From: Candidatus Saccharimonadota bacterium
Lineage (GTDB): Bacteria; Patescibacteriota; Gracilibacteria; UBA4473
DNA: 32,000 bases
Direction of reading: 5' to 3'
NCBI GenBank assembly: GCA_963677105.1
Contig: OY781871.1
Coordinates: forward strand, 510,001-542,000
Shown here piece after piece: positions 17,101 through 25,845 of the stretch (position 1 is the stretch's first letter; each line of letters starts with the position of its first letter). The notes beneath the pieces were generated by a model, which made no database searches, was not told the DNA's origin, and worked only from the letters and a program-made list of their open reading frames with translations. The position numbers and the translations under genes were made by a program.

Positions 17101-17655
17101 TTATTTAAAGAAAAGAGGATTTATTGTTCGAAGAATAAGCGTTGAACTAAAGAGCAATATTAAACTCAAAATGGCCGCGAGTATTCGTGTTTTTGCACTA
17201 CTTATTCCATCTTCGCTTGCTCCTCCGAATATAATTTGTACACCAGATATTACGATCACCAACACTCCAATAAGTCCAAGAACAAGTGCTCCAATTTTAT
17301 ACCAGAGCCCAAAATAATTTCCCAATAAGTCAACCCCGCTGTCACCGGAAATTGATTTTACATTTATTCCGTCGAGAGGGATGGTTTCTTGGAGCGTAAT
17401 ACAGTATTTATTGCAATCACTCATTTCCCACCTAGAATCAGTAGGAGGTCCACTACAAAATTTGTACATACATCCTTCTTCAGCCCCTTCGCATTTCTTC
17501 CATGCAAGCTCAGTTTGTCCTCCATCTTCAATAGTATCTTGACGAACGCGAACCCATTCGCATTTCGAATTGGAAAGCCCCCATGTTTCTTCTGCCGCAT
17601 GAACGAGCGAGACACATGCTATAAACGAAAGCACAATGGAAAGAAAATATTTCAT
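17101..17655 (-). CDS. secreted Cys-rich protein with C-terminal VirB2/TrbC-like (T4SS-pilin-like) two-helix membrane hairpin
   Basis: It has a signal peptide MKYFLSIVLSFIACVSLVHA and an 8-Cys ectodomain. The C-terminus IGALVLGLIGVLVIVISGVQIIFGGASEDGISSAKTRILAAILSLILLFSSTLILRTI is shared in pattern with the upstream gene. There is a TAATG overlap with the upstream stop. Confidence 0.55.
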   Translation of the reverse strand: MKYFLSIVLSFIACVSLVHAAEETWGLSNSKCEWVRVRQDTIEDGGQTELAWKKCEGAEEGCMYKFCSGPPTDSRWEMSDCNKYCITLQETIPLDGINVKSISGDSGVDLLGNYFGLWYKIGALVLGLIGVLVIVISGVQIIFGGASEDGISSAKTRILAAILSLILLFSSTLILRTINPLFFK

Positions 17656-19094
17656 TATCGCATTAATAAAAGTTCAAGAATGAATCGGACAATTGTATAA
17701 GAAAGGAACCCAATAATAAGTCCCACAAGAGTATAGATGAAAGTCTGCTTGGACTTTTGGAGCATTGTTTCCTCTCCCTGTGAAACAACCATCATTACTC
17801 CAGAAATAATAAGGAGCAAAACCCCGAGTGCACCAAAAATCTGTATTACAAGTTTAATTACTTTCGCAAAAACATTATTTTCATCGTTTTGTGTGTCTCC
17901 CAGAAGCTTAAGTTCTGTTTCTTTGGAAGTGTCATTGAGTCTTAACCAACTCGAGACTTTAAACGTTTTTGTGGCTGAAATAGCTCCCCCCAAACGAAGG
18001 CTGTCAAACCGTTTTCTTAGGAAAGTTACAACCGCCTTAAGAGGGGCCTCAGCCGCCTTTGCAGAATTGTATTCACTTTCAAAGTCCGTGTATTTATATG
18101 AGGATATTTCGTCATTATCAAAGGTCGCCTTAGCAAGCCTGGACAGAAAGTCATTAAGCGTTTCTGAGACCTTCCACCCCTCTTTGCTCTCGGACACACT
18201 GCTAAACGCTTTATCTTCTTGCATAAGCCCCTTGATTGCCAACCATCGTTTCCAACAGGACCCACTCTTGTTTTCCCACCAGTTGTTGTTCTCCGTACAG
18301 GAAGCAGCGTAGTCGCTCCCCAGCCAACTAGTTGCAGATTTTATTTTATAAGAGCTTATTGTCTTATTTTTCTTTTCCACGATAGCTTGTGTTGCATCTC
18401 TTGCTACCGAAAGCTCTTTTGCACAGGATTTTAAATATGAGTCGACTACACGAGAACAGGCATCAAAAATATATCGACGAGCCAGGTCCTCAGAGATTTT
18501 CTTTTTTAGTATTTCATCGAGAATTTCTCTCGTGTTTTCCTTTCTTTTGAACTCATATGCTTCAGGGAATTCTCTAGCATCTGGGCAATAGACTTTTTCT
18601 CCATTCCATGGGAATGCCTTTTTTAGATTATTTCGATTTGAAGGGCTTGGGACTACAAGCTCGAATGCCTGTGCCCACGTTTTCATAATCTGGCCTTGAT
18701 CTTGTACGATACATTTATCTGCAACGGCAGATTCCGTGCCAGTAATTCTTATATTGTTGGCATCAACACATTTTACTTCCGTTGTTGTTCCAGATACTAC
18801 AAAAATGGAACCATCATGTGTGACATTACTTGGGGCAATTTCGCCTTCACAATTTTCTAGTTCTTTTTCGCCAACTTTACATTTAAGAGCAGCGGCATCA
18901 CAGCTTGTCGGCAGAGGAAAAGAAACGGCCTTGTCAGGAAAATTTTTCGGATCACTCGTTCCCTCGAGTTCGCCAGTTTCCAGATTGTACCAGACTAAAT
19001 TTAATTCAGTTGCTTCTTCTCCGTGTGTTATCACTGGAATGATGAGTAGCGCACACAAGAAAACAATTTTCATCTGCCAGATTCGAGTACTCAT
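17655..19094 (-). CDS. large secreted Cys-rich protein with C-terminal VirB2/TrbC-like (T4SS-pilin-like) two-helix membrane hairpin
   Basis: It has a signal peptide (MKIVFLCALLIIPVITHG after a short MSTRIWQ). The ~400-aa ectodomain contains many Cys. The C-terminus is IFGALGVLLLIISGVMMVVSQGEETMLQKSKQTFIYTLVGLIIGFLSYTIVRFI. There is a TAATG overlap with the upstream stop. Confidence 0.55.
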   Translation of the reverse strand: MSTRIWQMKIVFLCALLIIPVITHGEEATELNLVWYNLETGELEGTSDPKNFPDKAVSFPLPTSCDAAALKCKVGEKELENCEGEIAPSNVTHDGSIFVVSGTTTEVKCVDANNIRITGTESAVADKCIVQDQGQIMKTWAQAFELVVPSPSNRNNLKKAFPWNGEKVYCPDAREFPEAYEFKRKENTREILDEILKKKISEDLARRYIFDACSRVVDSYLKSCAKELSVARDATQAIVEKKNKTISSYKIKSATSWLGSDYAASCTENNNWWENKSGSCWKRWLAIKGLMQEDKAFSSVSESKEGWKVSETLNDFLSRLAKATFDNDEISSYKYTDFESEYNSAKAAEAPLKAVVTFLRKRFDSLRLGGAISATKTFKVSSWLRLNDTSKETELKLLGDTQNDENNVFAKVIKLVIQIFGALGVLLLIISGVMMVVSQGEETMLQKSKQTFIYTLVGLIIGFLSYTIVRFILELLLMR

Positions 19095-21097
19095 TAGAGA
19101 GAAAATTCATAAATCTTGTCGGAACTCATGATGTTTACTTTCTGTCCAGAAGGGTCAACCGTGAAATCTTTTACTCCAGAAATTCCAAATAATACTTGTT
19201 TTTTATAAGTTGCAAAACGTTCTCCTTTCGTAAAGACAAGAACTCGTGCATTATCTGGGTCGAGAACATATAAATATTCATGTTCATCTGTGGTGAAGAT
19301 TTTTAAGTTTTGTCCAGAGAATGGCGTGCTTGGAATGTCTCGGAATGAATATTCCTGCTTTTCTCCTCGGAATAATTTCTGAATCGTCCCGTCGTCGGAC
19401 AGAATGTAAATAGATCCATCAATAGAGAAGCTTATTGCGCGAGACAAATCGGCTCCTTTGTTATAGGCAGTGGCAGCAGTGTACGCGCTTCGTTGTCGTT
19501 CATACTTCCAGATTTGGTTTTCAACAGGATCTAAAACATATGCATATTTACTGTATGCCTGAATATCGATTCCGTGTTTCCAAGTAGTGTCTACGGTTGA
19601 CATTGGAGTAATAACTCCGCCACGGAATTCAACAATTTGTGGTGCGTCTGTATAAAATAATAAAGTACTTTGGTCCGGTCGTGAAGCAGCAGAAATGATA
19701 GCCGATTTTTCTGAAACAGAAACTCCTTTTTCTACGATATTTCGAACCGTTTTGTGAACAGTATTATTGTCATATGCAAAAAGGCTCCCACGAAGATCAA
19801 GAAGTCCAACGGCCTGAATCTTATCATTTTGTGTGGCGAGATCAGCAAGAAGCTGTGCTTGTACTTTCTTCGCGTTTTCCACCTGAAGTTGTTTTTCTTG
19901 AATATCTGCTAACAAAAATTGGGCATCTGATCGATAGTCTTTTGATTTTGAATTCAGGACCATCTGTGCCGCCACTTGTGCTTGAGTTAATAATTCTGCC
20001 GCAGAAGACCGATCTCCCTGAATCAGGAATGTGTCTGCTTGCTGAATAGCTTCTCGAGCAATTCCTAGTTGTTCTCGAAGCTGCGACGTTTCTTGTGTCT
20101 CGAAGCTTGTAACAAAGCGAATTCCGATTATCAATACCAATAACCCCAAAATTCCTCCAGCAGCCATTTTTAACTGACGAGGAGAAAGAAGGGAGAATTT
20201 TCGACGGAGTTCGCCGAGCTTAATAGAAAAAGCATTTGGCTCGCGAGGAACAATGTCCTCTTCAAAGTCATTTTCGATTCCTGGTTCTTCGATTTCTTCT
20301 TGTTCTGCGAAAAGCTCTTCCTGTGGTTGAATTTCAGGTTCTAGGTCAGTAACAGGGGTTTCTTCCAGATCTTCTAAATTTTCTAATTCTTTTGGGGATT
20401 CAGTTTTGGTAGGAGTAGTTTCAATTGATGGTGAAGAAATTTTAGACACCATTTTTGATAAAAACCCAGCAGCTCCTGACGATGACTTCTTCCCGACACC
20501 GAGAACAGTAAGCAGTAAATCTTGTTCAGATTTTGCAGACAATTCATGACGGAAAGTAGAAACAGATTCATCAAAATTTTCACGAGACAAAAGTTCTCCA
20601 ATTTGTGCAGCAGGAATTATCGAAACGGGGTCGACATTACTAAGAATGACAACATCTTCTACAGCAATTTGTCCACTCAATAGATTATTAAATAAATCAG
20701 TTCCATCGATTTCTTCTGTGATACGAGAGCTCGTTCCTCCACGAATAAGACTGGCTTGTGCCATTCCCGCGGTTGCCACATAAAGAGTTTGAAAGTCAAA
20801 AAATGCAACAACAATATCTGGATGTGCTCCACGCACCAGTCGAAGTTTTTTTGCTTGAGCGTTTGCTGATTTTAGTGCGTCTTCAAAGCGATCTCCAGCG
20901 TCGCCGCGAGCATCAAATTTTAACGCATCAACAATAGAGCCGAAAATAGTTTCTGCAAAAACTCGCGCAGAATCAGTTTCTGCGGGGAATTTAGCGATAA
21001 AATAAATATCTTGCCCTTCTCCGATGTTTTCGTGAAACGCAAAAGCGGAATTAGACCCATCTGGGTGTGTCTCGAAAGTGTGCACTGCAAACGCCAT
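19094..21097 (-). CDS. single-pass membrane protein: N-terminal PP2C/SpoIIE-like (predicted catalytically dead) domain, acidic linker, TM helix, extracytoplasmic beta-propeller-like repeats
   Basis: See the finding. The PP2C-like strand pattern is VVAFFDFQTLYVATAGMAQASLIRGG / VVILSNVD / LLLTVLGV. The TM helix is AAGGILGLLVLIIGIRFV. The C-terminal ~40-aa repeats have (Y/I)(Y/L)VLD...(I/V).(K/V)(F/Y) blades. Confidence 0.5.
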   Translation of the reverse strand: MAFAVHTFETHPDGSNSAFAFHENIGEGQDIYFIAKFPAETDSARVFAETIFGSIVDALKFDARGDAGDRFEDALKSANAQAKKLRLVRGAHPDIVVAFFDFQTLYVATAGMAQASLIRGGTSSRITEEIDGTDLFNNLLSGQIAVEDVVILSNVDPVSIIPAAQIGELLSRENFDESVSTFRHELSAKSEQDLLLTVLGVGKKSSSGAAGFLSKMVSKISSPSIETTPTKTESPKELENLEDLEETPVTDLEPEIQPQEELFAEQEEIEEPGIENDFEEDIVPREPNAFSIKLGELRRKFSLLSPRQLKMAAGGILGLLVLIIGIRFVTSFETQETSQLREQLGIAREAIQQADTFLIQGDRSSAAELLTQAQVAAQMVLNSKSKDYRSDAQFLLADIQEKQLQVENAKKVQAQLLADLATQNDKIQAVGLLDLRGSLFAYDNNTVHKTVRNIVEKGVSVSEKSAIISAASRPDQSTLLFYTDAPQIVEFRGGVITPMSTVDTTWKHGIDIQAYSKYAYVLDPVENQIWKYERQRSAYTAATAYNKGADLSRAISFSIDGSIYILSDDGTIQKLFRGEKQEYSFRDIPSTPFSGQNLKIFTTDEHEYLYVLDPDNARVLVFTKGERFATYKKQVLFGISGVKDFTVDPSGQKVNIMSSDKIYEFSL

Positions 21098-21257
21098 TTT
21101 TTGAGAATTAATACTGTCTGTATCATTTTGGCACAGTTTTTTAAAAAAACAAAAAAGTTCTTTGAAAAGAGAATGAGAGAGCTCTTATTTATAGGAAAAG
21201 ATATGACTGAAGTTTTAAACTTGAATTTTCTATGAAAATTAGGCAACATCGGCGCAA

Positions 21258-22775
21258 ATGAACCAAAAACAAAGAAATCGATTTGCGTGGACAGGATGCA
21301 TTATTGCGGTATTGGTACTTCTTTCTGGTGCGGGATGGATTTTTCGGGATGAAGTGAAGAATCTGTTTACACAAAAAGAGATACAAGAAAAACCATTAAC
21401 GTCAGTTCCTCGAACAACTTCTTATTTAGGGCGTATTCGTGCAGCAGAGGGATTTCTTGCACAAGGACAATATTCACGAGCCGCAGTAGAATTAGTAGAA
21501 GCGATTTCTGAGCGACCAGAAATAATTCGTCCCTATATACTTTTAGGAGAAATACACATTCGTACACGTGATTTCACAAAAATAGAAGGACTTATTGTAG
21601 AGCTAGATCGTCGCTTTCCAAACGAACCAGAAACGGATGTTCTTCGGGCAAGAGAGCTAATAGCGCGAGAGGATTTTGCGGCCGCGCGAACTATTTTACA
21701 AAAGGCTGACTCTGCCACCCTCGATCCAGTAATGCTACTTTATCAGGCAATTTTAGCTTCTTTACAAAATGATCACAAAAGAGCAAAGGTATTATTATCT
21801 GCATTAGGAGAAAGGTCAGTTCAAGAGCCACTAATGATCGGGGAAGACGGAGTGACAGAAGTTGAAATGGAAAACGCAATTACTCCAGAGATTGCGGAGA
21901 AAGTAAAAGCGCTTCAGTTGGTATATGATCAATTTGCTCAATTTGCCGACGGAGAAGATCCACATCTTTTTGCGCTCATAGCAAAAGCGCTTGCCGAGAA
22001 TAATGAGCCTACACTTGCTCGTTCTTTTGCAAACGTAGCTATCCGAGAAGACATTGCCTATGTAGACGCTTGGATGCTCAGAGGATATGCTAATTTCTTA
22101 TTAAACGATCTCTCTGCCGCACTTGAAGATCTTCGTCATGCATATAAACTGGATCCAGTTCGACCCGAAGTAGAATATTTTCTCGCGCTGACTCTCGAAA
22201 AATTAGGACAGAAAATGGAGGCAGCGATGTTTTATGAAAGACTTCTTACTCGTGACTTTCCGTATCATTCAGAGGTTCGTTGGAAACTTATTGATCTTTT
22301 GACAGAGCAAAAAGAAATGGATCGCGTAGTTGAACTGTATCAGGAACAAGCGGAAGTAGAATCGGCACCAAATAAGTATGTGTCGGTCGTTCATACTTTA
22401 ATAAATGTTCTTCATAAACCGAAGGAAGCACTTGCGCTTACGGAGACACTTCTTTCAAAGCAACCACAAAATGTATTGGCATTAAATTTGCGTGCTTGGT
22501 CACTTATTGAAGATGGACAATTGTCCGAGGCTGAGATTCTCTTGAAAAAGACAGAAAAACTAAATCCTGAAAATCCTCGTACGCAACTTAATTTTGGAGT
22601 GCTTCGGGAGAGAGAAGGAAATCCCGTGGCCGCACGAGAGTTCTATAAAAAATGTTATGAGTTGGGACAAGGGAAACCCTTTAGTTCTGTGGTCGAGTTG
22701 GCCGTAGCGAGATACAATGCTCTCTTGGGAAGGGATGACAAAGCAACAAAAACGCTCCCCGCTGCATCGCCATAG
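21258..22775 (+). CDS. membrane-anchored tetratricopeptide-repeat (TPR) protein
   Basis: It has an N-terminal anchor (FAWTGCIIAVLVLLSGAGWIF). Repeated 34-aa TPR-like units follow (..A...Y..A..L.P....A...LG......g....A...f.kal.l.P), e.g. DAWMLRGYANFLLNDLSAALEDLRHAYKLDP and LNLRAWSLIEDGQLSEAEILLKKTEKLNPENP. Confidence 0.7.
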   Translation: MNQKQRNRFAWTGCIIAVLVLLSGAGWIFRDEVKNLFTQKEIQEKPLTSVPRTTSYLGRIRAAEGFLAQGQYSRAAVELVEAISERPEIIRPYILLGEIHIRTRDFTKIEGLIVELDRRFPNEPETDVLRARELIAREDFAAARTILQKADSATLDPVMLLYQAILASLQNDHKRAKVLLSALGERSVQEPLMIGEDGVTEVEMENAITPEIAEKVKALQLVYDQFAQFADGEDPHLFALIAKALAENNEPTLARSFANVAIREDIAYVDAWMLRGYANFLLNDLSAALEDLRHAYKLDPVRPEVEYFLALTLEKLGQKMEAAMFYERLLTRDFPYHSEVRWKLIDLLTEQKEMDRVVELYQEQAEVESAPNKYVSVVHTLINVLHKPKEALALTETLLSKQPQNVLALNLRAWSLIEDGQLSEAEILLKKTEKLNPENPRTQLNFGVLREREGNPVAAREFYKKCYELGQGKPFSSVVELAVARYNALLGRDDKATKTLPAASP

Positions 22776-22839
22776 AAAAGATCGGAAAGCGACAAACGAA
22801 AACCTGTTAACCGAGGAAAAGAAAAAGTGACAAATTCAT

Positions 22840-22868
22840 TTGACATTCTTGTGTGATTTGTGAGAATT
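22840..22868 (+). promoter_or_regulatory. putative promoter (extended -10) for the V/A-ATPase operon
   Basis: TTGACA (22840-22845), a 17-bp spacer ending in TGT, then GAGAAT (22863-22868), about 27 nt upstream of the first ATPase ATG. Confidence 0.4.
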
Positions 22869-22894
22869 CGCGCAAGAAAAAATCCCCTAAATTC

Positions 22895-23212
22895 ATGTCT
22901 GATTTTTTATCTCAAGTACAGGAAGTAGAACAGCAGGCAGCTGTTTTGATCGAAAAAGCGGTTTTGCAAAAACAGAAAACCCTTCGAAAATATCGTTTAG
23001 AATTACTAGAAAAACAAGAGTTGATAAACGATGAGGGGAAAGAGAAGATGAAAGAATGTGTTTTGATGGCTCGTGCGGAAGCTCGAAATAACTATGAAGC
23101 ACAAATTAAAGAAGGGGAAGTAGAGGCAAAGAAATTAGAAGTAGAAAGAGGTTCACAAGTAAGCGCGTTGTTGTCTGAGGCAACAGCTTTTTTATTAGAA
23201 ACGCTTTCATAA
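22895..23212 (+). CDS. V/A-type ATPase peripheral-stalk subunit (G/H-type, E. hirae NtpF-like)
   Basis: A 105-aa all-helical K/E/Q-rich coiled coil (LSQVQEVEQQAAVLIEKAVLQKQK...EARNNYEAQIKEGEVEAKKLE). It occupies the first position of a V-type operament-style operon directly before subunit I. The start is taken at the ATG at 22895 rather than the GTG at 22853. Confidence 0.6.
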   Translation: MSDFLSQVQEVEQQAAVLIEKAVLQKQKTLRKYRLELLEKQELINDEGKEKMKECVLMARAEARNNYEAQIKEGEVEAKKLEVERGSQVSALLSEATAFLLETLS

Positions 23213-23213
23213 C

Positions 23214-25238
23214 ATGGCAAAAGTACCACTTAGTAAGATTCGAGTAACCGGATTACACAAACACTATAAGGTGTTGATTCAGGAGCTCCACAAACGTGGA
23301 CTTATGGAAATTGATCAAAATCCAGAGTTCGAAGCGTCTTCAATAAAGTTAGAGCGTCCAGCGTGTTTCGATGCATTTGACCTTGCTCGAATTGATTTTG
23401 CAATTGATTATTTGGCGTCATATGCTCCGAAAAAGGGGAAGCTTGAGAACATGCTTACGAGCGGAAAAGTGATTTTGTCAGAAAAGGAGGCACGAGTTCG
23501 ATTTGAAGCATTTGCTCCCCGGATTAATGATATTATTTCTGAGTGCGAGGAAGCGCAGGACTTTTTTGTTCGAAGCAAAAACGAGTTAGTGCTTGTCGAG
23601 AACCAGATAAAAGAGATCGAGCCGTTTCAGTCATTAAATATGGCAGTGAATACGAATCTAAATACAGAAGAAACAACGACAGTATTGGCGAGAGTTCCTG
23701 AAACCAAAAAAACTGCTTTCATAGAGCAGTTGGCGAGACTTTCAAACTTGGCCGACATTAAGATTTTTCATGAAACGGGAGTACAAAGTTATTTTCGGCT
23801 TACGTTTATAAATGAACTAAGGAAGTCCGTAGAAGAGGCATTTAATGAATTTGATGTAAAGACAATAGATTTATCCGGCGATTTTGGAGAAGCTTATGCA
23901 GGGAGATTGCCACGGGAAATTCAGAAAAAATTAAAGGAAAAATGTGTCGACATTAATTCCCAGATTGAGGAAAGAGAGAAACATCTTCATCAACTTGGGA
24001 AAAATTGGGACGATTTGCGAATTGCTCATGATTTTTCTTCTTGGAAGAAAGATAAGAATGATGTGCAGGCGAACGTGCTTCAGACGTCATATATATTTGC
24101 TTTTGAAGGATGGATTCCAGTGGGGAAGTTGGATGCGCTTCAACATTGGATAAAACAAGTTTTTTTAGGAGATGTAAGTGTTGACATAGTAGAGAAATCG
24201 GAGGAAGAAAAAGTTCCTTCTTTGTTAAAAAATAGAATAGGTATTTCGTCATTCACTTCAATGACGCAGATGTTTGGTGCTCCGGCTGGAGATGATATCG
24301 ATCCAACTCCTGCGATTGCGCCATTTTTTGTTATATTCTTTGGAATATGTCTTTCTGATACAGGATATGGATTGTTGATAGCTCTTGCTTCTGCATTCTT
24401 TTTGCTATTTGGAACGTTTTCAAAAGAAGCACGAAAAACCCTATTGATGGGTCTTATGTGTGGGATTTCAGCATTTCTCGGCGGGATTTTACTGGGAGGA
24501 CATTTTGGTATGACTCTTCAAGAAGCACCAGCATTTTTAACAACGACCAATGCGGCAGGAGAGCTTGCATTTCGTGGGCAAATCCTAGATCCATTGTCTG
24601 GAAGCGGAACAATGACGTTTTTGATTTTTACTTTTATCGTAGGGTATCTTCAGGTATTGGTAGGTCTTTGTATGCGAATAGTGAAAGGAGTTGCGAATAA
24701 AGATTGGGGACTTGCGATCTGTGATGGATTTGGATGGCTTTATACATTAGTGCTATTGGCATTGTGGGTAATGTCGACAAAGCAAATCATTTTGGCAGAA
24801 CAACAACAGGTTTTAATATGGATGCTCTTGGGAGGAGTTGGATTCCTTGTTCTTACATTGGGAAGGGCAAAGAAAAATCCCATTCTAAAAATAGTGTTCG
24901 GAATTCTTGGACTATATGGAGCAATGGATTTTGTTTCAAATATATTGAGTTACTCTCGACTTATGGCGCTTGGATTGGCGACAGGAATTATTGGTGCAGC
25001 CATGAACATGACGGCACACGTATTAAATGACATGGTTCCGGGTATATTCGGAATATTGATAATGATTGCATTTATGGTGTTTGGTCACTCGATTAATTTT
25101 GGGTTGTCAGGACTTGGTGCATATGTACACTCCCTGCGTCTTCAATTTATTGAATTCTTTGGAATCTTTTATGCTGGTGGTGGTCGATTATTCCGACCAT
25201 TCGCGCGGGCAAAAAAATACTTATTATTTCGTTCCTAA
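23214..25238 (+). CDS. atpI: V/A-type ATPase subunit I (a-subunit)
   Basis: 674 aa. The ~330-aa cytoplasmic N-terminal domain starts MAKVPLSKIRVTG. The C-terminal half is multi-TM and contains the conserved SY.RLMALGLA (essential Arg) and HS.RL.F.EFF motifs. Confidence 0.9.
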   Translation: MAKVPLSKIRVTGLHKHYKVLIQELHKRGLMEIDQNPEFEASSIKLERPACFDAFDLARIDFAIDYLASYAPKKGKLENMLTSGKVILSEKEARVRFEAFAPRINDIISECEEAQDFFVRSKNELVLVENQIKEIEPFQSLNMAVNTNLNTEETTTVLARVPETKKTAFIEQLARLSNLADIKIFHETGVQSYFRLTFINELRKSVEEAFNEFDVKTIDLSGDFGEAYAGRLPREIQKKLKEKCVDINSQIEEREKHLHQLGKNWDDLRIAHDFSSWKKDKNDVQANVLQTSYIFAFEGWIPVGKLDALQHWIKQVFLGDVSVDIVEKSEEEKVPSLLKNRIGISSFTSMTQMFGAPAGDDIDPTPAIAPFFVIFFGICLSDTGYGLLIALASAFFLLFGTFSKEARKTLLMGLMCGISAFLGGILLGGHFGMTLQEAPAFLTTTNAAGELAFRGQILDPLSGSGTMTFLIFTFIVGYLQVLVGLCMRIVKGVANKDWGLAICDGFGWLYTLVLLALWVMSTKQIILAEQQQVLIWMLLGGVGFLVLTLGRAKKNPILKIVFGILGLYGAMDFVSNILSYSRLMALGLATGIIGAAMNMTAHVLNDMVPGIFGILIMIAFMVFGHSINFGLSGLGAYVHSLRLQFIEFFGIFYAGGGRLFRPFARAKKYLLFRS

Positions 25239-25266
25239 ATTTTCTTAACTTAACCACTCGAAAAAC

Positions 25267-25782
25267 ATGGAAAATGTTACAACAACCGTAATCGAAACTG
25301 CAGCAGGCGTTAACTGGGGATTGACATTCGCCTTCCTCGGAGCTCTCGTAGCAGTCGTACTTGCTGGTCTCGGATCATCACTTGGTATTCGTACAGCAGG
25401 TCAAAAAGCAGCAGGTGTTTTGGCTGAAAAACCAAACTTATTTGGTTCTCTCGTAGTTTTGACAGCCCTTCCTGGTTCTCAGGGAATTTATGGATTGCTT
25501 ATTGCAATTATGATTCTTTCTGGAATTGGAGCTATGAGCGGAGAGATTGTTGAGCTCACAACTCAAAATGGAATAAACTTCTTGCTTGCGGGAATTATTA
25601 TTGGAATTTTGGGACTTGCTTCTGCAGCATTGCAGGCAAAAGTAGTAGCTTCTGCAATCGGAGCATTGGCTCGTGACGAGTCTGTTGCTGGTGGAGCGAT
25701 CATCCTTTCTGTTTTGATCGAAACATACGCAATTTTCGGATTGCTTATTGCAATTTTTATCACTTTGGCAGCATTGGCTTAG
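25267..25782 (+). CDS. atpK: V/A-type ATPase proteolipid subunit K (4-TM, duplicated c-subunit)
   Basis: 171 aa forming two hairpins. It aligns closely with my recollection of E. hirae NtpK (LPGSQGIYGLLIA vs LPGTQGLYGFVIA; LIETYAIFGLLIA vs MVETYAILGFVIS). Confidence 0.9.
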   Translation: MENVTTTVIETAAGVNWGLTFAFLGALVAVVLAGLGSSLGIRTAGQKAAGVLAEKPNLFGSLVVLTALPGSQGIYGLLIAIMILSGIGAMSGEIVELTTQNGINFLLAGIIIGILGLASAALQAKVVASAIGALARDESVAGGAIILSVLIETYAIFGLLIAIFITLAALA

Positions 25783-25800
25783 GCACAATGAAAACAACCT

Positions 25801-25824
25801 GAGGCAACACTTTGTTGTTGCCTC
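25801..25824 (+). promoter_or_regulatory. intra-operon stem-loop just after atpK
   Basis: A perfect 9-bp stem GAGGCAACA (25801-25809) / TGTTGCCTC (25816-25824) with a 6-nt loop. It lies 19 nt after the atpK stop, and no strong T-run follows. Confidence 0.5.
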
Positions 25825-25845
25825 GTATTCTAAAACTTTTGAAAA

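Noticed and set aside
20920-21386. Short ORFs (109, 74 and 65 aa) in and around the 21098-21257 divergent spacer
   Set aside because: They overlap the 5' ends of the flanking well-supported genes or the AT-rich promoter region, and they are low complexity and unsupported.
25438-25797. 119-aa Cys/Ser/Asn-rich minus-strand ORF
   Set aside because: It is entirely antisense to atpK, a highly conserved proteolipid gene. Its composition is an artefact of the Ala/Gly/Leu-rich sense frame.
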